From positions 1-64,000 of the IMG/VR virus record IMGVR_UViG_3300048851_000098: a stretch of 64,000 nucleotides of DNA; one strand, written 5' to 3'. The DNA is from a virus. Shown here one piece after another: positions 9,494 to 20,032 of this stretch (positions are counted from its first letter, which is position 1; every line of letters begins with the position of its first letter). The notes below the pieces were generated by a model. It did no database searches, was not told where the DNA came from, and worked only from the letters and a program-made list of their open reading frames with translations. Made by a program: the position numbers and the translations under genes.

Positions 9494-10201
9494 GTGTCTA
9501 CTGAAACAAACCCAACACAAGTCGGCCCACCTGTGGCCGCATCACCGCCGGCTCCCACGCCGCCCCCTGCGCCTGTAGAGGCAGAAGTCTCTTTCGATCA
9601 GGCACCTGCGGAGGAGAACCTTGGCGCCGCCCCCACGCCTGACTCCCCTGTCGCGCAGAAAGAGGAATCTCCAAGAGAGATCATCGAGACGCTTCAGCCG
9701 AAGTCCGCTCCACACAAGTGGGTAATCGGCCCGGAGGATATGCGCCGCGAGTATGTCCAGAGACAGCTTTCATTCATCGGAAAGATGCAGTGGTTCGCAC
9801 TCGTAGGCGACGTGCTCGACAGAGCGCTCTCAGGCCCCAGCGGAATGTCTCTGAATTCCTTCTTCAACGCTCCGCAGGCACGCGAGGGCAGCTTGTCGAT
9901 GGAGGATTTCCGCGACGCTGACACGTTCGTACAGGCAGTCGGAAAGCTGCTCGCGGTCGCTCCCGATTTCCTGCTCAAGTCCTACTGCATCTGGCTTGCC
10001 GTACCTGACTACGAGCAGGATTTGGCAATCACTCTGATGAAGATGCCAGAACAGGACGGCGGTCTGACTGACGACGCTGGCATGGAGATCATCGAAATCT
10101 TCATCGACCAGAATTACGAAGCACTCCACAATTTTTTCACAAAGCGTCTGGGCCAGCTTCAGAAGCGAGTTCAGGCGCGAATCGAAGCAACCCGAAGCTA
10201 A
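9494..10201 (+). CDS. Tail assembly chaperone (G)
   Basis: GTG 9494 after AAAGAGG; precedes the tape measure; contains a slippery site. Confidence 0.75.
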   Translation: MSTETNPTQVGPPVAASPPAPTPPPAPVEAEVSFDQAPAEENLGAAPTPDSPVAQKEESPREIIETLQPKSAPHKWVIGPEDMRREYVQRQLSFIGKMQWFALVGDVLDRALSGPSGMSLNSFFNAPQAREGSLSMEDFRDADTFVQAVGKLLAVAPDFLLKSYCIWLAVPDYEQDLAITLMKMPEQDGGLTDDAGMEIIEIFIDQNYEALHNFFTKRLGQLQKRVQARIEATRS

Positions 10202-10599
10202 GCCCTATTGACGCTCTTGAGGTCTACACAGCAAATCATTCAGAAACCGTTGAAGAGTTGCTTGTATGGCCTTGGAAGCGATTTGAAAAGTTTTGGGAAT
10301 CATTTGAAAAACGTCGTCTTATTGAGTCGGTCGAACGTCGCAAGGATCAGATGATCGCAGCGCTTTGGGCTAATAGCAATTACGACGACGATAGAGGTAC
10401 CCGGCAGAAAGCATTGGAAGAGATCGAAGAGAGATATCACGAGGCAGTTCTCGCTCTCCACGGTCAAGGCGAAACAGAAGAACAGATCGATACAAGCAAT
10501 CCCTTCTTCGGTCAAATGAGAGGGGTTGCGAAGATTGAAGAACCTAGTAACCCTAATGTCACTGTAAGTCAGGTAATCGACGCGGATATTGATCAGTAG
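10132..10599 (+). CDS. Tail assembly chaperone GT extension via -1 frameshift
   Basis: T TTT TTC heptamer at 10132-10138; the -1 frame is open to 10599. Confidence 0.75.
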   Translation, partial: FFHKASGPASEASSGANRSNPKLSPIDALEVYTANHSETVEELLVWPWKRFEKFWESFEKRRLIESVERRKDQMIAALWANSNYDDDRGTRQKALEEIEERYHEAVLALHGQGETEEQIDTSNPFFGQMRGVAKIEEPSNPNVTVSQVIDADIDQ

Positions 10600-10601
10600 T
10601 T

Positions 10602-13600
10602 ATGGCTGACGCTAGATACATCGTAGATCTGATCCTGAATGCTCGGGACAATACTGCTGACGCTTTCAATAGAGCGACAGCAAATATGCGTTCCTTTGAG
10701 TCGCTTCAGAGAGATGTAGAGCGTCAGAACAGAGCTACTGCTGATTCGTTCAGAAACGTTGCTGACAGCATTGAAGGCAACACTTCGCGAATTGACAGAG
10801 CACGCGAGAGATATGAACGACTCTCGAATGCCGCTGTCCGTGCCGAAGTAGAGCTTCAGAGAGCGGCGCAAGCAAATTCTCGCGCACAAGCAGATGCAAA
10901 TGCGTCGGCTGCTGAGCGTGAGGCTGCTTTGCGTCGCCTCGAAGCTGCAACGAAGAGCTATAAGGCGGCCCTCCAAGACGCCAAGAGAGAAGAGGATCGC
11001 TTTTCTGAGTCGGGCGCTCGTGGCCGCGCAAGACGAGTTGCTGATCAAGCAACAGAAATCGCTCAACTTAGAGAGCTTCAGCGTCAAGCTCAGAATGTTG
11101 CTCGCGAAGAGGAACGTCTGAGTCGTGAGCGTCAACAGCGTCAAGCGCGCGAACTTGATGCTCCTAGAAGATATCTGGAACTGCTCAGACAGATTCAGCG
11201 TATCGAGAGAGATCGTGCTCGCGCTGCTGATATTGGCGACACTGTAACCACTGCTCGTCTCGATTTTGATGATCGTGAAGCTCGCCGCAAGGCTCAGGTG
11301 CTCGCCGATGAACTGAGAATTCTGTTTAGAAGAGCAGAAATCAATGTAAATCTGGACGATGCCGAGGCAAGACGGCATGCTGTCGAACTGCTCGCGATGA
11401 AATCAGTTCTCGGTAGAGATATCGAGCTGAATGTAGATGTTGACATTGGTGCTGCACAAGCGAAACTCGCTCTCTTCGAGCAGCAAGTGCAACGTGCGAA
11501 TCGTCCTGGTGCGCTTGGAATTCTGAGTGGATCTATTCGCGAGACAGCAGATGCATTTACGAACGCATCTCAGAAGATCGCAACGTTTGACAACTTCCTG
11601 CGCGGTCTTGCGGCTATCTCTGTTTTCGCATTCTTCAACCAACTGATTCTTCTCGCGGGTTCTGCGGCTAGCAACCTGATCAGCCTTGCGTCGTCGGCCT
11701 CGTACGCTGGCGCGGCCCTTGGTGGTGGTCTGGTCGCTGGCCTTGCTCAGGCCCTCCCGATGCTCGGCATCCTTGCCGCAGCATTGACCCGCTTCAAGGC
11801 GGTTTCCGATGCCGTCAGACAGTCAGATCTTCTGCAACAGCAGGAGAGCTACAGAGCGCCAGCAAGAAATAGAAGAATCGCCGACAGCATCGATCAGGTT
11901 CGCAATGCTCAGGAACGACTTTCTGACGCGAATCGTCGTCAGCAGCAGGCACAGGAACAGCTCACGCAGGCGCGCGAGACAGCGCGACGCAAGCTGGAAG
12001 ACCTGATCCTCACTGAGCGCGGCGCAACGCTGTCTGTTGAAGAATCACAGACAGCTATTCGTAATGCTTCTAGCGTTTCGGATCTTGATCGCGCATTCCT
12101 CACTCGCGATGAAGCAAGATTGAACCTCCGTCGAGTATCGGGCGAACTTGCTACACGTCGCACTGTTGGTATCGAAGGATCACCAGAAGTCAAATCAGCA
12201 CAAGATCAGGTACTTGCCGCAAGACGTGCTGTCGATGAGGCAAGACGTGGAATTGATAGAGCTGCCAGATCTGCTGCTGTTGCTGGTAATGAGGTAACTG
12301 CTGCTGCTGGCAAGCTCAATTATCTGCTCGACAGACTCTCTCCTGCTGAAAGACGCCTTTACACAGCACTTCAACGCTTTCAGGATGAATTCCGTAGAGT
12401 CTCGCAAGTTATTGTCGAGCCGATTATCGACGCAACTGTGCGTGGCTTGGGTCGCATCACGGACATTATGACTGATCCGGCTGTGATGAGAGGTATGACA
12501 GGACTCTCTGAGCAGATGGTGAAAGCCGGAAACCGTGTATTTGATGCGGCTACAAGCGATCAAGCTGTTAGACAGTGGTTGCGAATCACTGAGCAGGCAA
12601 GAGAAAATCTTTTGCCAGTTGCTAACATTTTGGTGAATGTTGGCAGAGGCTTCATGGATATTGCGGAAGGTGCGGGTCCAGCACTTCACCAAATGGTGTT
12701 GTTCTTCCGAGATATTACGAGATCTGCTGCTGAATTCCTTTCTGATGCGCGTAGATCTGGTGAACTGACAGCATTCTTCCTTGAAGGCGTAAGACATCTC
12801 AAAGCATGGGCAGATCTGCTGTGGCAGATCGTTCGCCTGTTCGCCGCTATTACTGGTGCTGGTGGCGGTGCCGATGCTGGTTTCAGACTCGTCACAAGAC
12901 TCGCCGATGCAATTGGTGGTCTTGCCGACAGAGTCAACGACACCGATTCGAGACTCAGCAGATTCTTCCGCACATTCTTTGAAGTCGGACAAAGAATGCT
13001 CTTTGCAATGCTGCCTGTCCTTCAGTCACTTGCAAGAGAATTCGCAAGTCTCTTCACTGAAGACGGTGTGAGATCTGTCCAGTCCTTTGCGTTCTTCTTG
13101 TCTGACGTACTGATTCCAGCAGTTGGACAATTTGCTCGTACAGTCGGGCAAGCGACCACATTCATTGGTGAACTCTTCAGACAGTTCCCAATTCTGAGAG
13201 ACATGATGGTCGGGCTGATTGCCACGATGCTGACGCTCTCAGTCGGCGGCAAGCTCGCGGTGGTCTTCACGCCGATCATTGCTCCGCTCAGATTCCTTGT
13301 CAGATTGCTCGGCACGAGAGAGCAGATTCTTGTTCGTATTCTCGGCCTGCTGTCGAGAATCCCGATCATCGGTGCTGGTCTGGCCGGGCTTGCTGGTCGT
13401 CTCGGCGGTGGAGCTGCTGCCGGCGCTGGTGCGGCGGGGGCTGCCGGTGTTGTTGGTGGCGCGGCTGCTGGTGCTGCGGGCGACGTAGCGAGACAGGGAT
13501 CGCGCCTCGGTGGAATCTTCGGTGGCACATTTGGTGCAGCCGCCAAGGGCCTCCTGAAGAAAGCCGGTTGGATTGGTGTAGGCATCTCCGCAGTGGATGG

Positions 13601-16600
13601 TCTGATGTCTGCCTTCAGATACAACAGCGTCGAGGCAGGCGTTCGTGATTTCGCGAATTCCATGTCGTTTGGTCTGGTTGATTCGTTTGAAGAGACAACC
13701 AGAAAGCGCATTGATTCTGCGCTTGAAGGAATCAGAGATCAGTTTGAGGAAGCAGCTAGAACCTCTCTTGATAGAAATCTCACCAGAGCGCTTGGCAGAA
13801 TCAATCCTCTCAGACTTGGTACGCAAGAGAAGAGCACGCGCGATCAAGTAAGAGATCTGCTGAATCCTTCATACGGCGGCTTTTACAGACCAAGCACCAG
13901 AGAAGCAACACCATTCCAGAGACTTGTCGATGAAGTAAGAAAGATCGATCCGTACTTTGCAAGACTTATTGCGGGTACATCGAGATATGGCGAGTCAATC
14001 AACAGAATCAGCAGAAGCCTTAGAACGGGGCTTTCTGACTTCATCACTGGTGATCTCGCTAGAAATTCTGGATCGCTCAACAGATACATCGACACACTCA
14101 CCGCGCTGCTCGACCAAGCTCCTAGAACTAGACCGTGGAGAGCACTTCGCGATGAGTGGGAGCGTCTGCGTAACGACGCAATCAGAACACGCAAGACGCT
14201 GCAAACAGAGCTGGATATCGACAAGCTCAACTTCAACTTCGGTCTGGCGCTTCAGCAGAGAGATATTGATGTAAGCAGAGCCATTGGCGGTTACATCAGA
14301 CATCTGAGAAGACTGCCACCAGAGGCACGCAGAGAAGCTGCTGATTCGATGCTCAACCTCGCGAGAGGTCTTGAGGATCGCAGAGCAGTGCCGGAAGGTA
14401 CAGCAAGAAAATTCAGCAGACGTATTGGCGACGCGATGACGACGTGGACCACACGCTCCACAAGACGCGGCGCTAGAGCAATGTCTGACATGGCAACGAT
14501 TATGTCTGGAATGAGCAACATCGTTGCTGTTTCCATGGGTGACATGATCAGAGGCGTCAACTCTGCGCTTTCTGCCTTCGGTATCGGCGGCATCAGAATG
14601 CCGAGAGAGATCTCACGTAGAGATCTGACTACCGGTGCTCGCGTCATTGGTGGCTTGGCTGGATTCCTCTCGGATGCTGTCTTCGCAAGAGGTGGTTTCG
14701 TCGGTAATCGCGGCGAGCGCGGGACTGACGCCGTTCCTGCGATTCTCGGTCGCGGCGAGGCTGTTCTGAATTGGGCACATCAGCGCATGGTGGAACCGGC
14801 ACTGCGCGCCTTCTACGGAATCGGCCTCGGCGACATGTTCAGACGCACGAGAGGCTTCCACGCAGGAACAGGTGGTGTCGCAGGCGCTTACGCAGGCGGT
14901 GGTTTCACCGGTCCGGCTGGCTCGGGTGAAGGCTTCATTCCGATCTCGAACTTCGCTGCAAACAGATTCGGCCTGCAAATGACTGCTGGCCGTACTGATC
15001 ACTCGTACTACACATCGAGCGGAAACGTCTCAGACCATACAAAGGGTATGGCTGGCGACTTTTCTAACAGCACTGCGCCGACGCCTCAGATGGATGGCTT
15101 CAACGCTTTCTGGAAGACTCGTCTCCCACAGACAATTAAGCAGCTCATCTGGCGCAATATTGATCAATTCCAAGGATTCCCTGTCGGTGGACATATGGAC
15201 CACGTCCACCTTGCCGTTCATCCAGCATATGCGTTCAATTCTGCATTGATGGCGCGTCTTATTTCGCGTGCCTCTAAGGGTCTGTCTATTTCTCGTCTTC
15301 TGTCGAGCGTTGGATCAATGGAGATGGGTGGCGATGATGTCGATCACGTTCACCGCGTGATCATTAGAGGTAGAGGGAAGCTGCGCGACTACATGCAGAG
15401 AGCACTTGACCGAGTGCAGCGCGGAGCAAACCGCTACATCGATAGAAAGGCAAATACCGATCTCGGCAATATTGTCGACGGTCCGAATGACATCGACCTG
15501 TTGCCAAAGGGCAAGGGTGTGTCAGTCGGTGCTTCAGAGTTCGGTGGGCCTTCTGATATCGGAACCGGAACAACTGGTTATCGCGGCGATAACCTCGCAC
15601 TGAAGCCAGATTCATACGCCGAGCTTTCTAATAACCCTGGCATGGGTGTAGGTGCAGATTTCGCTGCACTTGGTGGACTGCCATATATGACGAAGCTGCG
15701 CATTACTGGTCCTCGCGGATCAGCAATTGCGTACAAGCGTGATGTCGGTGCCGGTGGTGGTGCAGTTGGTGGCCTTCCGCGCGCAATCGACCTTTGGTAC
15801 ACGCTTGCGAATGCGCTTGGCGTCTCTGGTCTGTCACCGGTGAAGATTCAACGCCTCGCGCAGGGTGGTCTTGCAAAGATTCAGCAGTTTGCTACTGGCG
15901 GTCACGTCAGAGGGCCTGACGGTCAGCCAGTGCCGATCATCGCGCACGCGGGCGAGTGGGTCCTCAACAGAATGCAACAGAGCAGACTCGCGAAGATGGT
16001 CGGCTTGGGTGTCGATCAGGTCAAGGGCCTGCTCGGATTCCCTGGTGAATCGCCAAAGACGACTCATTTTGCAGATGGTGGAGAAGTTCGCAACGTCTGG
16101 GATGGTCCAGGCAGCGATTCTGTGCAAGTCGAAGGAACGAGAGCGACTGAGCGCAATACAAAGGCTGTTGAGGAAAACACTAGAGCTACGAGAGATGAGA
16201 TTGAAGCTCGTAGAAAGGATCGCGAGAATAGAGCGAATGACGCATACGAGACAGCAACATCGTATGCCGGACCTCGCTTCAATATCGCTCCAACAACTTT
16301 CAGAGACATCAGCTCTGAAATCAATAGCATTTTCAGAGCGATCAGCAGAATTGGCTCTGGCAGAGTAGGTAGAGCTGAGACATTCGGTGATCAGGTAGAC
16401 CGATTCAACAGAAACATGAGATATCTCATCGGCGAGAATGGATATCTCTTTACAATCGGTGAAGCTATCGATGCGTTCTCTAGCAGACTGGCGCTCGGCC
16501 TCAGCTTGGCTCAAGCGGGCCTGCGGAGAGTTGGATTCCGTCTGCGCCGCCGCAGACCGCTTACTGATGCGGTAGCTATTGCAGAGCAGTCGATTGACAA

Positions 16601-18590
16601 TCTCGAAGAGATCAACAGAGACATCGGTAGAGCGCGCACGCAGATCATTCGAGCGCTGAGAGCTAATCGTCAGCGTCTCAACAGATACCTGCGTAGTGCT
16701 GAGAGAGAGAACACGGGTGAGCTGAGAGAACTTCTGGCCGAGAGAGATCCGTCGAGAAGAGATTCATCGCGGATTAGAGAGCTGAGAAGACTTCTCGAAG
16801 GCAGAAGAATTGAAGACCGCCTTACTCAGAGACAACTTGATCGCTATACGTTCTTGCGTAGAGCTGATGATGATTTGCTGAGATTGTTGGATGACAACAC
16901 TCAGAGACGAATCGACAATATTACTGCTAGACAGGAAGCAGTTGTTCAACGTCGCGAAGCTCTGGTAGCCAGATTCCAGACGAGAACTGACAGATTCCTC
17001 GCTAGACCAGCGAGAAATCTCGCAATTACTGATGCCATGCTCGAACGTGCTCGAATCAATGAGCGAGACGAGGATGTAATTGCTCCGCTGCTTCAGAGAC
17101 GACTTGGCGGTTTGAATCGCGAACAAGACGTAATTAGAAATCGTCTTGCAAGAGCACGTGCGGCAGCGAGAAGAAATCCTGCAATGAGAGCGGTTGCTGA
17201 CGAACTGGAAGAGCAGTTGCGCCAGATCAACACCGACATCATTCAGGCAACAAGAGATATTGCTGATAATCAGCTTGCAAGATTGCAAAGACAGCTTGAT
17301 GCAGTATTCGCGTCCTTTGATGAGCGGAATGCAGGGCTGTCACGCGAACAACAGATTGCCTCGATCTTCGGTCGCACTGGCGCACTCACGAACGTAACTC
17401 AGCGCAGCCTCGATCTGGCCGTTGAAGAGATGAACACGCTGAGCGCAATGCTTGGTCAGTACCACGATCCTGAGATGCGCAGACAAATCACAGACCGCAT
17501 CAATGATCTGAGTGTCACAGTTGCCGATCTCACATCGCAATTGCTCGACGCTGCTATCGATGCAGTCGAGAGAGAAAACGCTAATCGCGAGCGTCGTCTT
17601 GGCTTGCGAGATCGTCTGGCAAACCTGCGCGAGAGAGCCGGCGACAGACTTGGTGCGATCCAACAGCGTCAGGGTATTTCTGATGATCGCCTTGGTGGAC
17701 TTCAATCTGATCGCAATCACTATCAAGATCTGTTGATGAGAGCGATGCTGGAAGGAAACGAAGGCGCTGTGCAGGAGTTGACAGAAAAGCTCGAAGATCT
17801 CGATGTTGCGATTCAAGAGGAAACGGCAACACGAAGAGATCTCGTGTACGAGTATCGTCAAGCTGCACTCGATATTGTCACTGGACAAACTGATCGCTCA
17901 ACAGGTCTGATTGGCTCCGCAAGAGATTTGTTCCAAAAGCTCGCCGATATTTCTGGTAGCGAGGCAACTGCAATGTTGCTCAGACTTGCTCAGCAGACAG
18001 CAACGCTGCTGAGAGATGAAGCCACCAGAATCATCGAGAGAGTGAACGAAGCGCTCGGTGGCGGGGAATTCACCGGACAGGCTGGCGGTGTCCTGGCGGC
18101 CCTCTCCGCAGCGTTCGGTCAAGGTCCAGAAGCCTTCGCTAGCAAGCTGGCAGAGCTTGCACCTATCATCGCAGCACTCGAATCAACAATGAGCGAAGCT
18201 GAGCGAGATACGTTCCAAAGACTGGTTCAAGCAATGCTCGAAAACACAGGCGCTGTTGTCGATAACACAAGAGAAACAAGAGATCTGACGAATTCGATCA
18301 CGACTCCTCAGACCTGGGCATCGTCCTCTTGGAATTGGTTCCGCGAAGCTATCTTCAACGGAATGGGCGATGTGTTGCCTCAGTACAGAATTCCACAGCT
18401 TCACAGCGGCGGTACTGTTGGACGAGGCGGCCTGTTCGAACTGGCGCCTGGTGAAATCGTCATCAACCCAAGAGGAGATAACATGCCTAAGACTGGTGAT
18501 CTGAATATCACCGTCAACGAGGCAGGTCAGCCAATGGATATCACCCATCTTGCAAATCGTATGGCTTTCGAAATGAAGTCGCAGAGATAA
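10602..18590 (+). CDS. Tape measure protein with embedded cell-wall hydrolase domains
   Basis: 2662 aa, helical Ala/Arg-rich; SDHTKGMAGD (M15-like) and RlpA-type DPBB segments. Confidence 0.9.
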   Translation: MADARYIVDLILNARDNTADAFNRATANMRSFESLQRDVERQNRATADSFRNVADSIEGNTSRIDRARERYERLSNAAVRAEVELQRAAQANSRAQADANASAAEREAALRRLEAATKSYKAALQDAKREEDRFSESGARGRARRVADQATEIAQLRELQRQAQNVAREEERLSRERQQRQARELDAPRRYLELLRQIQRIERDRARAADIGDTVTTARLDFDDREARRKAQVLADELRILFRRAEINVNLDDAEARRHAVELLAMKSVLGRDIELNVDVDIGAAQAKLALFEQQVQRANRPGALGILSGSIRETADAFTNASQKIATFDNFLRGLAAISVFAFFNQLILLAGSAASNLISLASSASYAGAALGGGLVAGLAQALPMLGILAAALTRFKAVSDAVRQSDLLQQQESYRAPARNRRIADSIDQVRNAQERLSDANRRQQQAQEQLTQARETARRKLEDLILTERGATLSVEESQTAIRNASSVSDLDRAFLTRDEARLNLRRVSGELATRRTVGIEGSPEVKSAQDQVLAARRAVDEARRGIDRAARSAAVAGNEVTAAAGKLNYLLDRLSPAERRLYTALQRFQDEFRRVSQVIVEPIIDATVRGLGRITDIMTDPAVMRGMTGLSEQMVKAGNRVFDAATSDQAVRQWLRITEQARENLLPVANILVNVGRGFMDIAEGAGPALHQMVLFFRDITRSAAEFLSDARRSGELTAFFLEGVRHLKAWADLLWQIVRLFAAITGAGGGADAGFRLVTRLADAIGGLADRVNDTDSRLSRFFRTFFEVGQRMLFAMLPVLQSLAREFASLFTEDGVRSVQSFAFFLSDVLIPAVGQFARTVGQATTFIGELFRQFPILRDMMVGLIATMLTLSVGGKLAVVFTPIIAPLRFLVRLLGTREQILVRILGLLSRIPIIGAGLAGLAGRLGGGAAAGAGAAGAAGVVGGAAAGAAGDVARQGSRLGGIFGGTFGAAAKGLLKKAGWIGVGISAVDGLMSAFRYNSVEAGVRDFANSMSFGLVDSFEETTRKRIDSALEGIRDQFEEAARTSLDRNLTRALGRINPLRLGTQEKSTRDQVRDLLNPSYGGFYRPSTREATPFQRLVDEVRKIDPYFARLIAGTSRYGESINRISRSLRTGLSDFITGDLARNSGSLNRYIDTLTALLDQAPRTRPWRALRDEWERLRNDAIRTRKTLQTELDIDKLNFNFGLALQQRDIDVSRAIGGYIRHLRRLPPEARREAADSMLNLARGLEDRRAVPEGTARKFSRRIGDAMTTWTTRSTRRGARAMSDMATIMSGMSNIVAVSMGDMIRGVNSALSAFGIGGIRMPREISRRDLTTGARVIGGLAGFLSDAVFARGGFVGNRGERGTDAVPAILGRGEAVLNWAHQRMVEPALRAFYGIGLGDMFRRTRGFHAGTGGVAGAYAGGGFTGPAGSGEGFIPISNFAANRFGLQMTAGRTDHSYYTSSGNVSDHTKGMAGDFSNSTAPTPQMDGFNAFWKTRLPQTIKQLIWRNIDQFQGFPVGGHMDHVHLAVHPAYAFNSALMARLISRASKGLSISRLLSSVGSMEMGGDDVDHVHRVIIRGRGKLRDYMQRALDRVQRGANRYIDRKANTDLGNIVDGPNDIDLLPKGKGVSVGASEFGGPSDIGTGTTGYRGDNLALKPDSYAELSNNPGMGVGADFAALGGLPYMTKLRITGPRGSAIAYKRDVGAGGGAVGGLPRAIDLWYTLANALGVSGLSPVKIQRLAQGGLAKIQQFATGGHVRGPDGQPVPIIAHAGEWVLNRMQQSRLAKMVGLGVDQVKGLLGFPGESPKTTHFADGGEVRNVWDGPGSDSVQVEGTRATERNTKAVEENTRATRDEIEARRKDRENRANDAYETATSYAGPRFNIAPTTFRDISSEINSIFRAISRIGSGRVGRAETFGDQVDRFNRNMRYLIGENGYLFTIGEAIDAFSSRLALGLSLAQAGLRRVGFRLRRRRPLTDAVAIAEQSIDNLEEINRDIGRARTQIIRALRANRQRLNRYLRSAERENTGELRELLAERDPSRRDSSRIRELRRLLEGRRIEDRLTQRQLDRYTFLRRADDDLLRLLDDNTQRRIDNITARQEAVVQRREALVARFQTRTDRFLARPARNLAITDAMLERARINERDEDVIAPLLQRRLGGLNREQDVIRNRLARARAAARRNPAMRAVADELEEQLRQINTDIIQATRDIADNQLARLQRQLDAVFASFDERNAGLSREQQIASIFGRTGALTNVTQRSLDLAVEEMNTLSAMLGQYHDPEMRRQITDRINDLSVTVADLTSQLLDAAIDAVERENANRERRLGLRDRLANLRERAGDRLGAIQQRQGISDDRLGGLQSDRNHYQDLLMRAMLEGNEGAVQELTEKLEDLDVAIQEETATRRDLVYEYRQAALDIVTGQTDRSTGLIGSARDLFQKLADISGSEATAMLLRLAQQTATLLRDEATRIIERVNEALGGGEFTGQAGGVLAALSAAFGQGPEAFASKLAELAPIIAALESTMSEAERDTFQRLVQAMLENTGAVVDNTRETRDLTNSITTPQTWASSSWNWFREAIFNGMGDVLPQYRIPQLHSGGTVGRGGLFELAPGEIVINPRGDNMPKTGDLNITVNEAGQPMDITHLANRMAFEMKSQR

Positions 18591-18591
18591 T

Positions 18592-19659
18592 ATGGCCCGC
18601 GATATTTACCAAAACACCATTGCTGCTGCCGGAACTGACGGTACGCTTAGAGCATTGGCAGATATTCAAATCTACGTATATTTGCCTGGAACGCTCACAG
18701 TGGCAACGATCTATACCGGTCGTACTGGCCCGGCGGAAGCTGGAAATCCACTGCTTACAGATGTCACCGGAGCAGTAGAATTCTATGCGGAAGTTGGCGA
18801 ATATGACGTCCGCGTTAGAGATACACAAGCAATTCCACGTATTGCTGATCGCACTACGAGTTGGAACGCTTTCAATGGCTCAGCACAAGGTCTGCCAAGC
18901 ACTCTTCTTGAGCGTGATGGCGGTATCGATCTTGCTGCACTGGCCGAAGACATCAAACGTCAGATGACACAGATCGGTCAAGTCATCGACTGGTGGCGTC
19001 CGGCTAACACAGTTCCGATTCCTGCGGGATTTGCAATCTGCGACGGCCGTACGATTCAGGCTGCCGATCATGACTTTGGCACTGGTGGCCCGGTGGCGCT
19101 TCCTGATCTGCGGAACAAGTTCGTCATCGGTGCAGATCCATTCAAGACAGATGCAGCAGCTTCATCAAACGGTGACGGTTCTGCTGCCTCTGGCGCTCAG
19201 CACCCGAATGCCCCTGGTATTCGTGGTGTAGGCGGATCGAACACAACAAAGAATCTCGCTCACTCTCACCAGTATTCGCACTATCACCCTGTTACTGGTG
19301 TTGACCACCTTCATGCATTTTCCACTCCTGACCACTTGCACGGTCCCCCTGGCATTGGCGTGTCCGTCGGAATGGGAACAGCGAATCGAGGAACGGCATC
19401 GTCACCTAACTCGGGTGGTCTGGAATCCACTGCTTATACCAGTCACGTTCACGGTTTGAGCGCAAATGGATGGGCAGGCAATACTGGTGCTGCGGACCGT
19501 TACCTCGGCGGATACACCATCGGTGCTGACCGTTCGCTCTTGACTTACACAGGCACGCAGAATACGACGACTACTGATAACGGAAATATCACTACAGCGG
19601 CAGATATGCGTCCTGCCCATGTCGGACTCCTCAAACTGATGAAGGTCAAGGCATCCTAA
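18592..19659 (+). CDS. Tail fibre protein with tail-collar domain
   Basis: IGQVIDWW...IPAGFAICDG...LPDLRNKFVIGA collar motif; H-x-H repeats. Confidence 0.8.
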   Translation: MARDIYQNTIAAAGTDGTLRALADIQIYVYLPGTLTVATIYTGRTGPAEAGNPLLTDVTGAVEFYAEVGEYDVRVRDTQAIPRIADRTTSWNAFNGSAQGLPSTLLERDGGIDLAALAEDIKRQMTQIGQVIDWWRPANTVPIPAGFAICDGRTIQAADHDFGTGGPVALPDLRNKFVIGADPFKTDAAASSNGDGSAASGAQHPNAPGIRGVGGSNTTKNLAHSHQYSHYHPVTGVDHLHAFSTPDHLHGPPGIGVSVGMGTANRGTASSPNSGGLESTAYTSHVHGLSANGWAGNTGAADRYLGGYTIGADRSLLTYTGTQNTTTTDNGNITTAADMRPAHVGLLKLMKVKAS

Positions 19660-20030
19660 TGTCTGAAGAATTTCCAACAGTCGAAGAGCAAATGGCAGCT
19701 CAGAGAGCTGAGCAAGAACAAGCGCTTAGAGAGCTTGAAGAACTTGCCAGAAGAGAAGTTGATCGAATCGCCAGAGAGCAAGAGGAAGAGCACGAAAGAT
19801 CTTTGCTCATTGTTGAAAGAAACAATGCGCCGATCAGACCACCAGAGATTGAAGAGAGCGATAATTTCGGGCCACCACCGCCGCTCAACAATCAGGAAGA
19901 AAACCTTCACAACGATGGCGGTCTTGACGAACCGATTCCGGCCGAGCAAGTAACTGAGCCGGAATCGTATGCGCCGGTCACGCCCCCTGCTGTAAGAGAG
20001 CTTCCTCCACTGTCGCAATTTGGTGAGTAA
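19659..20030 (+). CDS. Hypothetical acidic protein
   Basis: Coupled ORF (TAATG overlap). Confidence 0.6.
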   Translation: MSEEFPTVEEQMAAQRAEQEQALRELEELARREVDRIAREQEEEHERSLLIVERNNAPIRPPEIEESDNFGPPPPLNNQEENLHNDGGLDEPIPAEQVTEPESYAPVTPPAVRELPPLSQFGE

Positions 20031-20032
20031 CT

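Noticed and set aside
10593-18548. Many long antisense ORFs across the tape measure and other genes
   Set aside because: Shadow ORFs caused by codon bias of the sense genes, with no motifs or RBS
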